From: Chiloscyllium plagiosum
Lineage: Eukaryota
NCBI RefSeq assembly: GCF_004010195.1
Contig: NC_057718.1
Span: 102,372,120 to 102,436,119, forward strand
DNA: 64,000 nucleotides
Reading direction: 5' to 3'
Of the stretch, positions 12,306-26,337 are shown one piece after another. The notes beneath the pieces were generated by a model that saw nothing but the letters and a program-made list of their open reading frames with translations, had not been told where the DNA came from and did no database searches. The translations under genes and the position numbers were made by a program. Position 1 is the first letter of the stretch. Each line of letters begins with the position of its first letter.

Positions 12306-13479
12306 ATCTGTTAACAGGGTGATGCAGATGGAGGCATCAGTTTTGTGGAAGGAAAGCAGGAAGAGCTGTTCTGCTATTCTTAGAATCGCGTCATGAGACT
12401 TGAACCCACAAGTCTGCGACGCTACCACAGAGCTGAAGCTGGCTCTTGATAATCATATTTCCAGTTCAAGACTCGGCCCTGCTCTCTGTGAGTTTTCCAG
12501 CAAGGACAACAGCAATGAACTCAAAGGTTTGCACCTGATCCCTCCCAAGAACAACCCAATAGTATTTCTTCACTTGTGGATATTTGACAATCATGGATCA
12601 CTGTGGTGATGTGCTGCTCTGATATCACCCTGAACATATCTGACCATAGACTGGACCTTTTGTGTACCCATGTGTACAGTAGCACAGTGATTATGTTGCA
12701 AGACAAAATTAATGCAAATTCAGTCTGCAATCTAAAGGACATTGCTAATAGTGAGCAAGAAGCTACCAGATTGCTGTTAAAAGAATCCCCTCACCTAATT
12801 TACAAATGTCCTTCAAGCAAGAAGCCTGGCACTCTTCCTCAGTCTGTCTGATCTGTGGCTCCAGACACACAAGGTTTCCTCTTAACCACTATCTGAAGTG
12901 GTGAACAAGTCACTCTGTTGTATCAAACCAATATGAAAACACTGAATAAGAACAAAATTGGTCAGACCGCCAAACAAAATGGCGGCACATTCTGATAGGC
13001 CCACACTGCAAAGTCTGACACGACCACTCTCTATGACTCTATGACTCTGTATTAACATCTTGGGGCGGGGTTCGGGGGGAGGGCATGCATCAAAATTGGG
13101 AAAGCAATCCCCAGATCAGCACAGCTACAATACCAGTATCTGCTTGGTAAAGTGGAAAATAGTCCAGGTATGTTTGTTGGCAAGAGGAGGTTAAGAGGGG
13201 ATTTAATAGAGGTTTCTAAAGCCTGGTAACATGAGAGCAGCAGAGAAAGTAACAGAGAAATTGGCCATTCAGCCCAACTGGCCCATGCTGGTGTTTATAC
13301 AGAACACAAACCTCTTCCCCCACCCTGCTCCTCTTCATCCTACCCTAGAGTATATCCCTCTCTTTCTTTGTCTTTTATCTGCTTGTCTAAATTCCCCTTA
13401 ATCTGTAACACTCAACCCAACTCCTCCCTGTGGTATCAAGGTCCACTTTCTCACTACTCTCTGGATAAAGAGTTTTTTT

Positions 13480-13786
13480 TAGATTACATTACAGTGTGGA
13501 AACAGGCCCTTCGGCCCAACAAGTCCACACCGACCCGCCGAAGCGTAACCCACCCATACCCCTACACTTACCCCTTACCTTACACTACGGGCAATTTAGC
13601 ATGGCCAATTTGCCTAACCTGCACATTTTTTGGACTGTGGGAGGAAACCAGAGCACCCGGAGGAAACCACGCAGACACGGGGAGAACATGCAAACTCCAC
13701 ACAGTCAATCGCCTGAGGCGGGAATTGAACCCGGGTCTCTGGCGCTGTGAGGCAGCAGTGCTAACCACTGTGCCACCGTGCCGCCC
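13480..13786 (-). mobile_element. HE1-type V-SINE, full length
   Basis: GGGCGGCACGGTGGCACAGTGGTTAGCACTGCTGCCTCACAGC..GGGTTCAATTCCC plus V domain. Confidence 0.88.
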
Positions 13787-14029
13787 AAACGTTTTCTTTT
13801 GAATTTCCCCTTCGGATCTGTTAGCAATTATTGAATATTTATAGCCTCCTGGTGCTCGTCTCCCTGACAATTGGAAACATAATCCCCATGTTTACCCTGT
13901 CAAATGTTGCAGAATTTTATTAACCTCCAGCAGGTCACCCCTCAAATCTTCACAGAACCCCAACCTCTTTGACACTTTCAGAGGGAGATAATATTTTCAA
14001 ATGTCTCTGCTTCCTGTTCATCAATGTGA

Positions 14030-14703
14030 GGTTCTGCATTTTGGAAAAGCAAATCAGGGCAGGAGTTACACAATTAATAGTACGGTCCTAGGGAGTGGTG
14101 CTGAACAAAGAGACATTGGAGAACTCATAGTTCCTTGAAAGTGGAATCTTAAGTAGACAGGATAGTGAAGAAGGTGTTTGGTATGCTTGCCTTTATCAGC
14201 CAGTGTATTGACTATCGGACTTCGGAGGTCATATTGCAGTTGTACAGGACATTGGTTAGGCCACTTTTGGAATGCTGTGTTCTATTCAGGAGAGGCCGAA
14301 TAGGCTGGGGCTATTTTCCCTGGATCATCGGAATGACCTTACAGGGGTTTATAAAATCATGAGGGACATGGTTAGGGTAAATAGCCAAGGTCTTTTTCCC
14401 GAGGTGGAGGAGTCCAAAACTAGAGGGCATAGGTTTAAGGTGTGAAAGGATAGATTTAAAAGGGACCCAAGGGACAAATGTTTTCATGCAGAGGGCGGTA
14501 TGTTTATGGAATGAGCTACCAGAGGTAGTGGTGGAGGCTGGTACAATTATATTTAAAAGATATCTGGAGGGCATATGAATAGGAAGGGTTTAGAGGGATC
14601 TGGGCCAACTACTGACAAATGGGACTAGATTAGGTTAGAATACCTAGTCAGCATGGACAAATTGGACTGAAGGGTATGTTTCCATGCTGTGCATCTCTAT
14701 GAA
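14030..14703 (+). mobile_element. CR1 LINE 3' fragment
   Basis: KKVFGMLAFISQCI..LYRTLVRPLLE; 3' tail ctctatga. Confidence 0.85.
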
Positions 14704-15381
14704 CTCACCTTTGCTCGTATTGTTTTCTAGCTCCAACAGAAAAGCATCTTTGTCTAAAACTTGTCTGCCTTATTTCCAAAAGCCTTTATGGTTTCATACC
14801 TCCTTATTGACTGAACCTCCTCCAGCCCCACAATCTCTGAGCTCCTCTGATTCTGGCCTTTAGAGCACCTCTCATTTTAACTGCTACATCATTGGTGACT
14901 ATGCCTTCAGCTGCCTGAGCTCTAAGCTCTGGGGTATGCACCCCATATCTCTTCATATTTCTTTCCTCTTTTACCAAGCTTCTTGAAGCCTATCTCTGTG
15001 ACTCAAGCCTTTTGTTCCTTCTTTTAATACTTCCCCATGTGGTTCAGTCTCATATCGTAGTTGATGGCACCCTTAGTTAATGGTCTTGGGTCATTTTTGG
15101 GTGACAAAAGGGATTGGCTAAATGTTATTGTTGATGTTCATGAATCATTTCAAAGTTAGATTTGCATAAATGCTGTGACCGCGTGAATACATTTCATAGT
15201 TCCTTTACAAATGAGACATTTCCTGTGTGGTCATAGGTCTGGGTCAGCTGAAATAAGGTATATGTGTGTGACAGGAAATGAGAAACTTGTAACTATTTGA
15301 AAGTTACCAACAGCATTGAAGGGAAACTTACTGTGCTGAGGAGGTTGTGATCTTGTATTCATCAGATATTGCAGCTTCTCC

Positions 15382-15712
15382 GACATAGAACGTAGAACAT
15401 TGAACATTCCTTCGGCCCTCGATGGTGCGCCGACCTGTGGAACCAAGCTGAAGCCCATCTATCCTACACTATTCCATTTTCATCCATATGTCTATCCAAT
15501 GTCCATTTAAAAACCCTTAAAGTTGGTGAGTTTACAACTGTTGCAGGCAGTGCATTCGATGACCCTACTACCCTCTGAGTAAAGAAACTACCTCTGACAC
15601 CTGTCCTATATCTATCACCCCTCAATTTAAAGCTATGTCCCTTCATACTAACAATCACCATTTAAGGAAAAAGGCTCTCACTGTCCACCCTATCTAACCC
15701 TCTGATTATCTT
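15382..15712 (-). mobile_element. CR1 LINE 3' fragment
   Basis: KGHSFKLRGDRYRTGVRGSFFTQRVV; (catagaa)n tail. Confidence 0.8.
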
Positions 15713-18700
15713 GACGCTTACCCAGTGATTGGAAAAAATCAGAACTGTTCCAAACAAGAGATTATGAAAGAAATTTTGGCAATGGGCCACTTAAAGAGAC
15801 AGGTAAGCAGGTTACTGGAAACCTGGACAGAGATATCAGGTTTTGAGGTGGGACTTAGAGAAGAGAGAGAGAGCTAAGGGAGCCTTAAGGAGGGAACTGC
15901 AGACTAGGCAGGCAGACAAAGAGATGTTTGAGTGATTGGATTCAGGGATGCTCTCGAGAGGCTAGAATTTGGAGGAACGTAGATAGCTTGGAGGCTTGTG
16001 GAGTTGGAAGTAGTTGTGGAAATAAGGAAGGTGGAGACTGTGGTGGAATTTGAAAATAAGGGTAAAAACTTTGAAGTTCAGCATTTCTCATTTTGACTGC
16101 TTTTGGAACTTAACCGTACAGAAGAGCGCTCTGAGAGCCAGTCAAAAACCACTCCTTATGATCAATCAACGTTCTCCTGTTGCTAGTGGGTAAGAATGGT
16201 CACAGATTTGTTAAGGTGTAACCAAACAAGGTCTAACTGTTTAAATCAAGTTTGATGTTGCATTTAAGTCAACTTCAGGAAGTGTCAAATATTAATAGTC
16301 CCTGAGACTTGCTTCCTCAGTCAATTCTCTATCCTTGCACTTTATTTTTCAATCATTGAATCCCTACAGCAGGCCACTCAGCCCACCAAGTCCCTCTGAC
16401 CCTCTGAAGGATGTACGGTCCAAACCCACCCACCACCATATCCCTTTAACCCTGCATTTTCCATGCCAACCACTACACTTCCAGGAAGTGCATTCCAGAC
16501 CACAGCCACAGGTTGTGTGGAAGAAGTTTTCCTCACATCACATTTGCTCCTTTTGCAAATTCTTCTCAATCTTGTTCTTGATCCTTTTCAAGTGAGAACA
16601 GTATCTCCTTATCCCCTCAACCCAGTTCCCACATGGGAGGACATGACACCTGTCCAAGAAAACTTGCCAAATGGAATTGAAAACTACGTTGAGGGGGTTG
16701 TGATCTTGTAACCATCTGATATTGCAGCTTCTCCGACATAGAACATAGAACATAGAACATTACAGCGCAGTACAGGCCCTTCGGCCCTCGATGTTTCGCT
16801 GACCTGTGGAACCAATCTGAAGCCCATCTATCCTACACTATTCCATTAAAATTGAAAACTCCTCACATAAATAAGAATGGGACCAATGTCCTCGTGGCAA
16901 GGATAAATTAATTGAAAATTGAAATTGTGGACATCTGAATGTTACTGCTCATGTAATGTGTGGAGGAGACATACTAAACAGTTCCAATTTGTCATTAGTT
17001 CCTGTGCAGTAAGATCTTGCTGTAGCTCACTTCTCTTTCACCATCTGGTGCTTTCTCCTCTCCTTGTGTACGTGTGATCTCTGTGAGAAAGTTTCTATTT
17101 CTGTTCCCTCACTACCGAGCTTGGTGGGATTTTTAATGTGATAGAGCTTTTGCTGTTCCTGGCCTACAGCAATGATGAGGAGCAGAAATCTGTAGAGAGG
17201 CCGGAGTTGTCTCCATGGATACGCAGGACAGGGATGGATGGAGGTTTTGACACAACATTGACGCCTCAGTTCTCACCAGTATTTAGGTTCCACCATCTGA
17301 AATGATTCCAGCAGAATCAGGGGTAACAGTATCACCAGACAGAAAATGGAAATGTAAGCTGACTGTTACTATTGGCACTTTTCAACACAGAAAAGAAACA
17401 GGAGCCGGGAGGGGATTGGGGGGTGGGTGGGGGGGGGGGGGTCGGGGGGGGTGGAGGCAGTAAGTTGGCTTTTCTACAGGAACAGGAGGGAAATGTGCAC
17501 TGACTTTGGGCATTCGAAAAGAGGAGAGTCTCCTAAGTGACTTTTAAATATCCAGTTTCGCAGGACAACCTCCAAGAGGGGGAGTGACACCCCAGAGAGC
17601 GGACAACCACCTGATGAAGGAGCAGCGCTCACAAAGCTAGTGCTTCCAAATAAACCTGTTGGACGATAACCTGTCATTGTGTGATTTTTAACTTTGTCCA
17701 CCCCAGTCCAACACCGGCATCTCCAAATCATGACAATCTTTCCTGACCGACAGAGGAACGGAAACCAAAACAGGATCATGTGTGAGCTGGTATAGGGGTG
17801 TATTGGATGTAGACCTTAGAGATGACCTTCCCTCAGACAGTCAGGAACCATTCCCTGGTCCCTATTCTTGGACATAGCAAGACAGTTTTGGGGGAGCTGT
17901 GTTGGTGGGTCTCTGACCACCATCCACTTTGGGCTGGGGAAGACACTTCCAAGGGACAGGAGGTGATGAGCCCCCTCTTCCAGAGATTAACCTCCTCCCC
18001 TCACACGCACGCGAGCACACACACACATTGGAAAACTCAGCTTCCACCAGGGACAGGACTGTGTGACCTCCACTTTGCTGACTTAAATGGCAAAGAACGG
18101 TTTGGCTACTGCTTTCATCCAAATGTTCCTGCTCTGTAGCCAATTCCTCAGTTTGGATAAGGTACTGACACACCATGGTGCTGACACTATTATACAAGGC
18201 TGTGGTTCTGAAAGGGTTAAGATTGGACATGGCATCAAGCTCCACCCAACCTGATGATGTCATACAGTTTTGGGGCAGGGTAAAGAGGAGTCTTGCTTGA
18301 ATGGAGACCAATGTGTCCTTGTTATTATGTGTAACCAGCCAATGTAACTTTCCTATCATGCAATAAACTCATTAAGCTAAATGCCTCTTTTTGTTGCGAC
18401 TTCTTATCCTATACCAGTGTTCATCAAATAAGCTCTTAGACTACAGGCCAATAGGAGGATTGGCCTCTAGAGACCAGTGGGCACCACAATGGCTGGGGTG
18501 CATCAGCCCAGATAGTGATACTTTGACTTGGTTTTTATACATTTCCATTGATCGTCACATTTTGGTTTTGTCACTATGCCCCAGTGGGCGCTGTTTAATT
18601 TTGCAGCACATACAACACACCCCTCTGACAATTATAGGACACCAACGACAAATACCTCATGTAAACCAGCTTACTGCTTGCTCACTGTTGCCGGGTAGGC

Positions 18701-19139
18701 AGGCTAACGTCACTGAAACGTTGCCAGGGGACAAATTGCTTGGAGGTGGCAACAGGCCAGTAAGCCACCTGCCATCTCCTTGCATAAAAATTGCCATTAA
18801 TCCAGGCTCTGAACCCACCATCCCCATAATAGCAAAGTTCCAATCCCACAACAATGCAAAGCCCAGTTAATGGGACAGGCTCAGAGGATAGTGTTATTCT
18901 TCAGGTAAGGCAGAGATAGATGCAGAACAGACTCTGAGTGAAGACAGACTCTGTCTAAGAGAACAGCCATCACAATGCAGTATAAAAGCTTTAGTCTGAG
19001 ATTCATGGGTAAGAATCCCTGAGGACAGAGCGACTGAGGGTGATATCCATAGAGGCAGATCTACCCACAGTCCAGCTCAAACCATCGGAGGCTTTTCTGA
19101 AATATAAACACCGCTGTGATGGCTCAGATGGGCTGAAAG

Positions 19140-19645
19140 TACAGTTTTGGTCCCCTTGTTTAGCGAAAATATTACATCATTGGGGGCAGTTCAGAGAAGG
19201 TTCATAAGGGTTCCTACAATGGAAGGTTGTCTTCTGAGCAAAAGGTAAAACAGGTTGGGACTCTACAGACTGGAGTTTGGAAGAATGACAGGTGATCCCA
19301 TTGAAACATATCAGATTCTTAATGAGGCTTGACAGGGTCAATTATTAGAGGATGTTTCTCCTCATGGGAGAGTCCAGAAGCAGAGGGTATAGTCTCAGAA
19401 TAAAGGGGCACCAACTTCAGACTGAGATGAGGAGGAATTCCTTCTCTCAGCAGGTTGTGAGTCTTTGGAATTCCTTGCCCCTGAGAGCTATGGTAGCAGT
19501 GTATACTTAAGGCTGAGATAGATAGATTCTTGATCAGTCGAGGAATGAAGAGTTATGGAGGAAGGGCAGGAAAGTAAACGTGAGGAATGTTGGATCAGCC
19601 ACAACAGAATTGAGGGGCTGAATGGCCTCTTCCGGTTTCTATTCC
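19140..19645 (+). mobile_element. CR1 LINE 3' fragment
   Basis: cagttttggtcccc..gttcagagaaggttca..gagatgaggaggaattc..ggctgaatggcct tail. Confidence 0.75.
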
Positions 19646-20057
19646 TTAGGTGAAATGGTCTTAAGGCCTGTTCCTGTGCTGTACACTTTCTGTTATTCTA
19701 TGTACACTCACTGCTGGTTTTTAAAATTGGACATCCATGAGGGAAGGCACAACAACCTCCAATACTGGGAGCTTCTGACAGTTCCATTACACAAGGCAGT
19801 TTGCATCAGTGCAGAACAGCTTCAGCTGCGAAGTCAAAATGCGCCCACATATCTCCTTTTTTTCAAAAGATAGCACCAAAACTTGTTGAAGACTTTCAAA
19901 ATGCATTATCAGGCCGTGAGTTAGTCATCATGCTATTACTAAATGTGGAACTGACAGGCAGATAGAGGGATGGCCATAATGTCGCATATCATTCCTGACA
20001 AACCACACAAACCATGTTTACAGGGAGGTTTTGTATCTCTCAAAGCAACCAGCATCC

Positions 20058-20185
20058 TGTGTGTCTGTGTGTGCGCGCGTGTGTGTATGTATGTCCATGT
20101 GTGTGTGCGTGTGTATGTGTACATGTGTGTGTGTGCATGCGTGTGCATATGTGTGTATATGAATGTGTGTGTGTGTGTGTGTGTG
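20058..20185. repeat. (GT)n-type compound microsatellite
   Basis: Direct inspection. Confidence 0.95.
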
Positions 20186-20729
20186 GAGGTTGGGGGCGGG
20201 GTTGTTGGGTGGTGGTTTCGGTGGATGGAGTTCCTACACACAGTAACCGGTCAGAAGTTGTGAGAACATATTCCCACAGGTACATCACTAACATACTTGA
20301 ATGAACAATAAACTGGGCACCATGTTAAGACCTGCATTTGTTCTCACATTCTCATTTATTGGCGTTGGGTGGGTTTTGGTGACTCTTAGAGTGGACGTAT
20401 TCTTGTATTCAAACCCAAGGATGTCTTCAGAGTGAAATTCACCAACAGCTGGGGAAATTGACTCGTGACCCACTGGCAGCTGACTTTTTGTCTGTGTTTA
20501 TTTGCCATTGACTTGGAAAATATAGACAAAATTTTAAAATCCAAATTGAGTCAAAATGACTGTGAGACTTGGAGTTGAGTTTTCCGGGCAGAGCTGGGAC
20601 AATTGGTGTGTGAACTTCAGTGAAAAAGTTTTGGGTTTGGTGAAAAATCAGCTACTAATTTGATGCGAGATTGTTTAATCTTGATACCTTGGATCGATTT
20701 CACTCTCAACAGTTCATCACTTCCTCAAG

Positions 20730-21065
20730 ACCATTGATATAGGAGCCGAATTTGGCCATTCAGCCCATCAAGATTGCTCTGGCTAATGAATCATGGCTGA
20801 TGTGTTTCTCAGTCTCATTGTCCTGCCCTGTCTCCATAAACCTTGATCCCCTTACCATCTACCTCAATGATTTGCCCTCCATAGCTCCATGTGCCAATGA
20901 GTTCCATACATTCACCACCCTCTGGCTGAATAAATTCATCCTTATCTCAGTTCGAAAGGGTTGCCTTTTCACTCTGAGCCTATGCCCTTGGGTCCTAGTC
21001 TTTCTAATGAGTGGAAACATTTTCTCCATGTCCACTCTATCCAGGCCTGTCAATAATCTGTAAGT
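20730..21065 (-). mobile_element. CR1 LINE 3' fragment
   Basis: GLDRVDMEKMFPL..RTQGHRLR..FSQRVVNVWNSL. Confidence 0.8.
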
Positions 21066-24000
21066 TTAAAGAGATGGGTGGCTCGAGGGGCCGAATGGAC
21101 TACTTCTACTCCTAATTCATATGTTCACCTGCCGACCCCCCCCCCAACCCCGCGATAAGTATCGACTTACTTGTTAGCCAAAATCTGTCTTTCTCTGCCT
21201 TAAAAATACCCTTTGATCCTGCCACCACTGCTACCTGGGCAAGACCGTTCCAAAGCCTCATGACCATCTGAGAGGAAAGGTTCTCCTCATCTCTGTCTTA
21301 AACGGGGGATCCCTTTCCTCTTCTCCACAGCATTGAGAATGTCTACCCGTTCAGGTGTTTATTTAATTCACTTTTAAAAGCCACAATTGAATGCACCACC
21401 ACCACAGTCCCAGGCAGCACATTCCAGGCCTTAAGCACTCAATGCGTGAAAATATCTTGCCCTTTGATGTAAATGGTGCTTTTTCCAGTCACACTGTGTG
21501 GTGTTCTCGAACCTTGCACCCTAAGAAATAGTTTCCACCTATTCACTTTTCCACCTATCCACTCTGTCCAGATCCCTTATAACTTTGAACCACTTTACCT
21601 CGACCCCATCTGTTTTAAAGTTGTAAAATGACTGAGCCTGAATGGAATAAATGCCTTTTGTCACATTCTTGACCTTTGTTACTCCGTGCAGTGAGAGTTT
21701 GGTGAATTGCAATAACTTTATTGCTCAATCTAACTCTACGGTGATGTAATGCAGTGTCATTTTCTTTATTCTATCATGGCATATTAGAATCACAGCATCT
21801 CGAAATGCCCTTGAATTGCACGGCTTGCTAGGCCATTTCAGAGGGGGCAATTAAGAGTCATAATCATACAGCACAGAAACAGCCCCTTCGGCCCAACCAG
21901 TCCATGCTGAACATAATCCCAAACTAAACTAGTCCCACCTACCTGCTCCTGTGCTCCCTAGTCTTGAAATTCCCCATCTTAGGGAAAAGACAACTACTAT
22001 CAACTCTATCTACAGCTCTCATTATTTTATAAACTTCTATCAGGTCACCTCTCAACCTCCCTTGCTGCATGTAGGCCAGACCAGATAAGGACAGCAGATT
22101 TCCTTCCCCAAAGGGGCATCAGTGAATCTGATGGTTCTTATCAATGGTGGTTTCATGCCATCATTATTGGGGATTGCTTTACCTTCCGGATTTATTCATC
22201 ACGTGATTTGAACCTGTGTCCCAAGAGCTATAAGTCTGGCCTCGTGAACTACTCAGTCAATGACATTGCCACTGTAACATCGCCTCCCTCCATAGTTGCA
22301 GCAAGTGAACAACCTGGCCCAGAAACGCAGACAAACATTCAAACGTGGGAGTACTTGCAGAAGTGAGCACTGGGTGTGGTGCTGAAACTAAAGAGGTGAC
22401 AAACTGCAGCTGAGTTGCTGAAATAAAGGAACTTTGTTCTCTGGCATCAAGTAACGTTGTGGTAAATAAACCGAGCAGTTATGACAATATGCCAAAGACT
22501 GAACAGTTTACACAATGTCAAGAGATGGATTTTAAGTTTGTTGACAGAGACCATTTCCATATTCTGTACAAAAATACATATTTGCCCAAATGTCAAAACA
22601 AAAGTGCACTATCTGCTCAGTCGCATTTATTTACCTAACCAGTCATTCCTAAAGGGTCACGTAAGGGTTTTTAAAACTCTATTCATTAGATGTGGGCATT
22701 ACTGGCTGGACCTACATTTATTACCCATCCCTACCTGCCCTTGAGAAGGTGGTGGAAAGCAGCCTTCTTGAACCACCACATTCCACATGTTGTAGGTAGA
22801 CGCACAATGCTGCTGGGGAGGGACTTGCAGGATTTTGACCCAGTGACACTAAAGGAACGATGATTTTTTCCCCAAGTCAGGATGGCGAGTGGCTTGGAGA
22901 CAAGTCCCAGGTGGTGGTTTCCTCATGAATCTGCTGCCCTTGTCCTTCTAGATGGTAGATGTTGCATGTTGGGAATGTGCTTGGTGCATTTCTGCACTGC
23001 ATCTTGTAGATAGTCAACTCTGCTGCTACTGAGCGTCAGTGTTGGAGGGAATGGATGTTTATGGAAGTGGTGCCAATCAAGTGGGCTGCTTTGTCCTGGA
23101 TGGTGTCAAGCTTCTTGAGTGTTGTTGGAGCTGTACCCATCCAGGGCAAGTGGGGAGTATTCCATCACACTCCTGAGTCAGGAGGTGAGCCTCGACCTGC
23201 TCTTGCTTATTTGACTGGTCCAGTTGAGTTTCCAGTAAAGCATCGATTTTAGTGGGGGCCAGGGGAATCATTAGTGCTTCTCCCAGCTTCCCAAACACTT
23301 TCACCCCCACTGTTGCTTAATCTGAACATGCTGATGCCAAGGACGACCACACCTTCAAAATGGAGTGGGGAAATGAAGTGTGGGTGCTGCACCCACCCAC
23401 TGCCCAGTCTCTGACTGCTCCAGGACACTATCAGCCCCATTGTAAAACAGCCAAAGGTCAGCCCAGACATTAGGGTCATCCAATAATGTAATTCCTTCCC
23501 CTTCCCCACCCTGAGGTAGGAGTGGAGTGGAGTGGGGGGGGTGGGGGAGTTATAAATCAGCCGGGGGTGTGATCTAATGCCTTTGCTGGGGTAGGTGTGA
23601 AAGTAGCAGGGGTCTTTGGTTTGCTTCTTTGCCACCAAGTCACCTCTACCAGATGACATTCGGTGCAGAAAAGCTCGCAGTTATTTTGCCTTAACGCTGA
23701 ATGAAGCCTTTCGAGTTGGCAATTACACAATCGCAGAACTGTCATGGAGCAGAACAAGTTCATTCAGTCCATTGGTTTGTGCTCGCTGAGCATTTCAACT
23801 TTGTGTCGAATCCCTGCCTATTGCCCGTAGCCCTGCATGTCGTTTCTGTTTATCCAATGCCCTCTTAAATGCCTCGATTAAATCTACTCCCACCACAGGC
23901 AATACATCCTCTCACCTGTGTGAAACCGCTTTTCATTGTACTTGCAAAACAATTTAAAATTGTGCCTCTGGTTGTCAATGCATTTATAAGTGAAAACAAT

Positions 24001-24370
24001 TTCTCCCTATCAACTCTGTGGACCCCTCATGATTTTGAAGATGTCTATCAAATCTCCCCTCCAAGGGGGACCACACAAATCTTTCTGACCATTCCGCGTC
24101 CCTAGAACCATTCGTGTAAATCACATCGTTCCTAAACATGCAGTAGTGCCCATAACTACACAGAATACTCCAGCTGAGATCTGAATAGTGTCCTATGTAG
24201 ATTCAGGTAAGTTCTCAGCTCCTGTATGGGACTGACATGAGGAGAGATGATTTAGAATCATAGAATCACTACAGTGTGGAAGCAGGCCATTCAGCCCAAC
24301 AAGTCCGCACAAACCCTTCAAAGAGCATCCCTCCCAGACCCACCCTCTTTTTTATCCTTGCATTGCTCAG

Positions 24371-25905
24371 GGATGGCACTGTGGCTCAGTGGTTAGCACT
24401 GCTGCCTCACAGCACCAGGGTCCATGGTTCAATTCTAGCCTCGGGTGACTGTCTGTGTGGAGTTTGCACATTCTGCCAGTGTCTGCGTGGGTTTCCTCCA
24501 GGTGCTCCAGTTTCCTCCCACAGTCCAAAGATGTGCTGGTCAGCCAGCATGGATTTGTGAGGGGTAGGTCTTGCCTTGCAAGTCTTATTGAATACTTTGA
24601 GGAGGTGACCAAGCATGTGGATGAGGGTAGAGCAGTGGATGTAGTGTACATGGATTTTAGTAAGGCATTTGATAAAACCCATGGTAGGCTTATGCGGAAA
24701 GTCAGGAGGCATGGGATAGTGGGAAATTTGGCCAATTGGATAGAGAATTGGCTAACCGGTTCAGCCTGGAGCCCAGTTACAAGTGGAGTTCCGCAGGGAT
24801 CAGTTCTGGGTCCTCTGCTGTTTGTAATTGTTATTAATGATTTGGAAGAGGGAGTCGAAGGGTGGGTCAGTAAATTTGCAAACGATACGAAGATTGGTGG
24901 AGTTGTGGATAGTGAGGAGGGCTGTTGTCAGCTGCAAAGGGACTTAGATATGATGCAGAGCTGGGCTGAGGAGTGGCAAGATGGAGTTCACCCCGTCAAG
25001 TGTGAGGTTGTCCATTTTGGAAAAACAAATAAGAATGCAGAATACAGGGTTAACAGTAGGGTTCTTAGTAAGGTGGAGGAGCAAAGGGATCTTGGGGTCT
25101 ATGTTCATAGATCTTTGAAAGTTGCCACCCAGGTGGATAGAGCTTGTAAGAAGGCCTATGGTGTATCAGCGTTCATTAGCAGAGGGATTGAATCAAGAGT
25201 CGTGAAGTGATGTTGCAACTATACAGGACTTTGGTTAGGCCACAGGAATAGATAGAGTAGACAGTCAGAGACTTTTTCCCTGGGTACAACAGAGTGTTAC
25301 AAGGGGACATAAATTTAAGGTGAAGGGTCGAAGGTATAGGGGGGATGTCAGGGGTAGGTTCTTTACCCAGAGAGTGGTGGGAGCATGGAATGCGCTGCCT
25401 GTGGGAGTGGTAGAGTCAGAATCTTTGGTGACCTTTAAGCGGCAATTGGATAGGTGCTTAAGCTAGGACAAATGTTCAGCACGACATCGTGGGCTGAAGG
25501 GCCTGTTCTGTGCTGTGATTGTTCTATGTTCTATGGTCATGCTAAATTGCCCATAGTGTTAGGTGCATTAGTCAGAGGGAAATGGGTCTGGGTGGGTTAC
25601 TCTTCAGAGGGTCAGTGTGGACTGAAGGGCCTGTTTCCACACTGTAGGGACTGAAGGGCCTGTTTCCATACTAATCTAATCCACATAACCTTCACATCCA
25701 TGGACACCACAGACAATTTCACACATCCAATCCACCCTAACCTGCATACTTTTGGACTGTGGGAGGAAACCGGAGCACCCGGAGGAAACCCATGCAGACA
25801 CGGGGAGAATGTGCAAACTTCACACAGACAATCGCCTGGGGGTGGAATCGAACCCAGGTCCTTGGTGCTATGAGGCAGTAGTGCTAACCACTGAGCCACC
25901 ATGCT
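24371..25905. mobile_element. V-SINE (+) split by CR1 (24371-24540, 25535-25680), abutting a - copy (25670-25905)
   Basis: Head and V domain precede the CR1; ggtcatgctaaattgccc resumes after it. Confidence 0.8.
24541..25534 (+). mobile_element. CR1 LINE RT/3' fragment inserted in a V-SINE
   Basis: SQHGFVRGRSCL..YMDFSKAFDK..SGVPQGSVLGPLLF..KFANDTK; (gttctat) tail. Confidence 0.9.
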
Positions 25906-26290
25906 GCCTACTTTTAATTCAAACTTTTAATTAATCTTTTAATTCAAAAGGTTTTGAAGTCTTTACCTCAAAGGGTTGTGAATACACCAACATTAAATAT
26001 ATTTAAAGCTGAGATAGAATTTTAGTGTCCAAGGGAATTCAGGGATATATGGAACAGGCAGGAAAGTGGATTTGAAGACCAAAATTGTATAGAATGGTGA
26101 AGCAATGTCAGTGTGCCAAATGGTCTACACATACTCTATTTCTTGTCTTCCTTTGTTTTTGTTAGTCGTTCCACTACATTAAAGGCGCTACATAAATGCA
26201 AGTAATATTGGAGAAAATTGAAACATGAGACGCTTTTAAGTTGCTAAACAAGGAAGAAAGGACTTCAATTGGAATTGATGAAATAAAGAG

Positions 26291-26337
26291 TTTATTAATT
26301 CTCCAATAACAAAGCCTTCTCAGTGTAACGGTTTATT
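26291..26337 (-). promoter_or_regulatory. Candidate PLEK polyadenylation signals
   Basis: tttatt (AATAAA on the minus strand) at 26291-26296 and 26332-26337, about 800 nt past the stop codon. Confidence 0.45.

Noticed and set aside
13715..13786. tRNA-like sequences with A/B boxes
   Set aside because: Heads of V-SINEs, each followed by the V domain and LINE tail; not tRNA genes.
19939..20304. HT/CV-rich ORFs (also 29899-30237 and 53155-53419)
   Set aside because: Translations of dinucleotide microsatellites.
24455..25210. 251-aa reverse-transcriptase ORF as a host gene
   Set aside because: Internally deleted CR1 RT with FADD mutated to FAND; the start comes from the flanking SINE.
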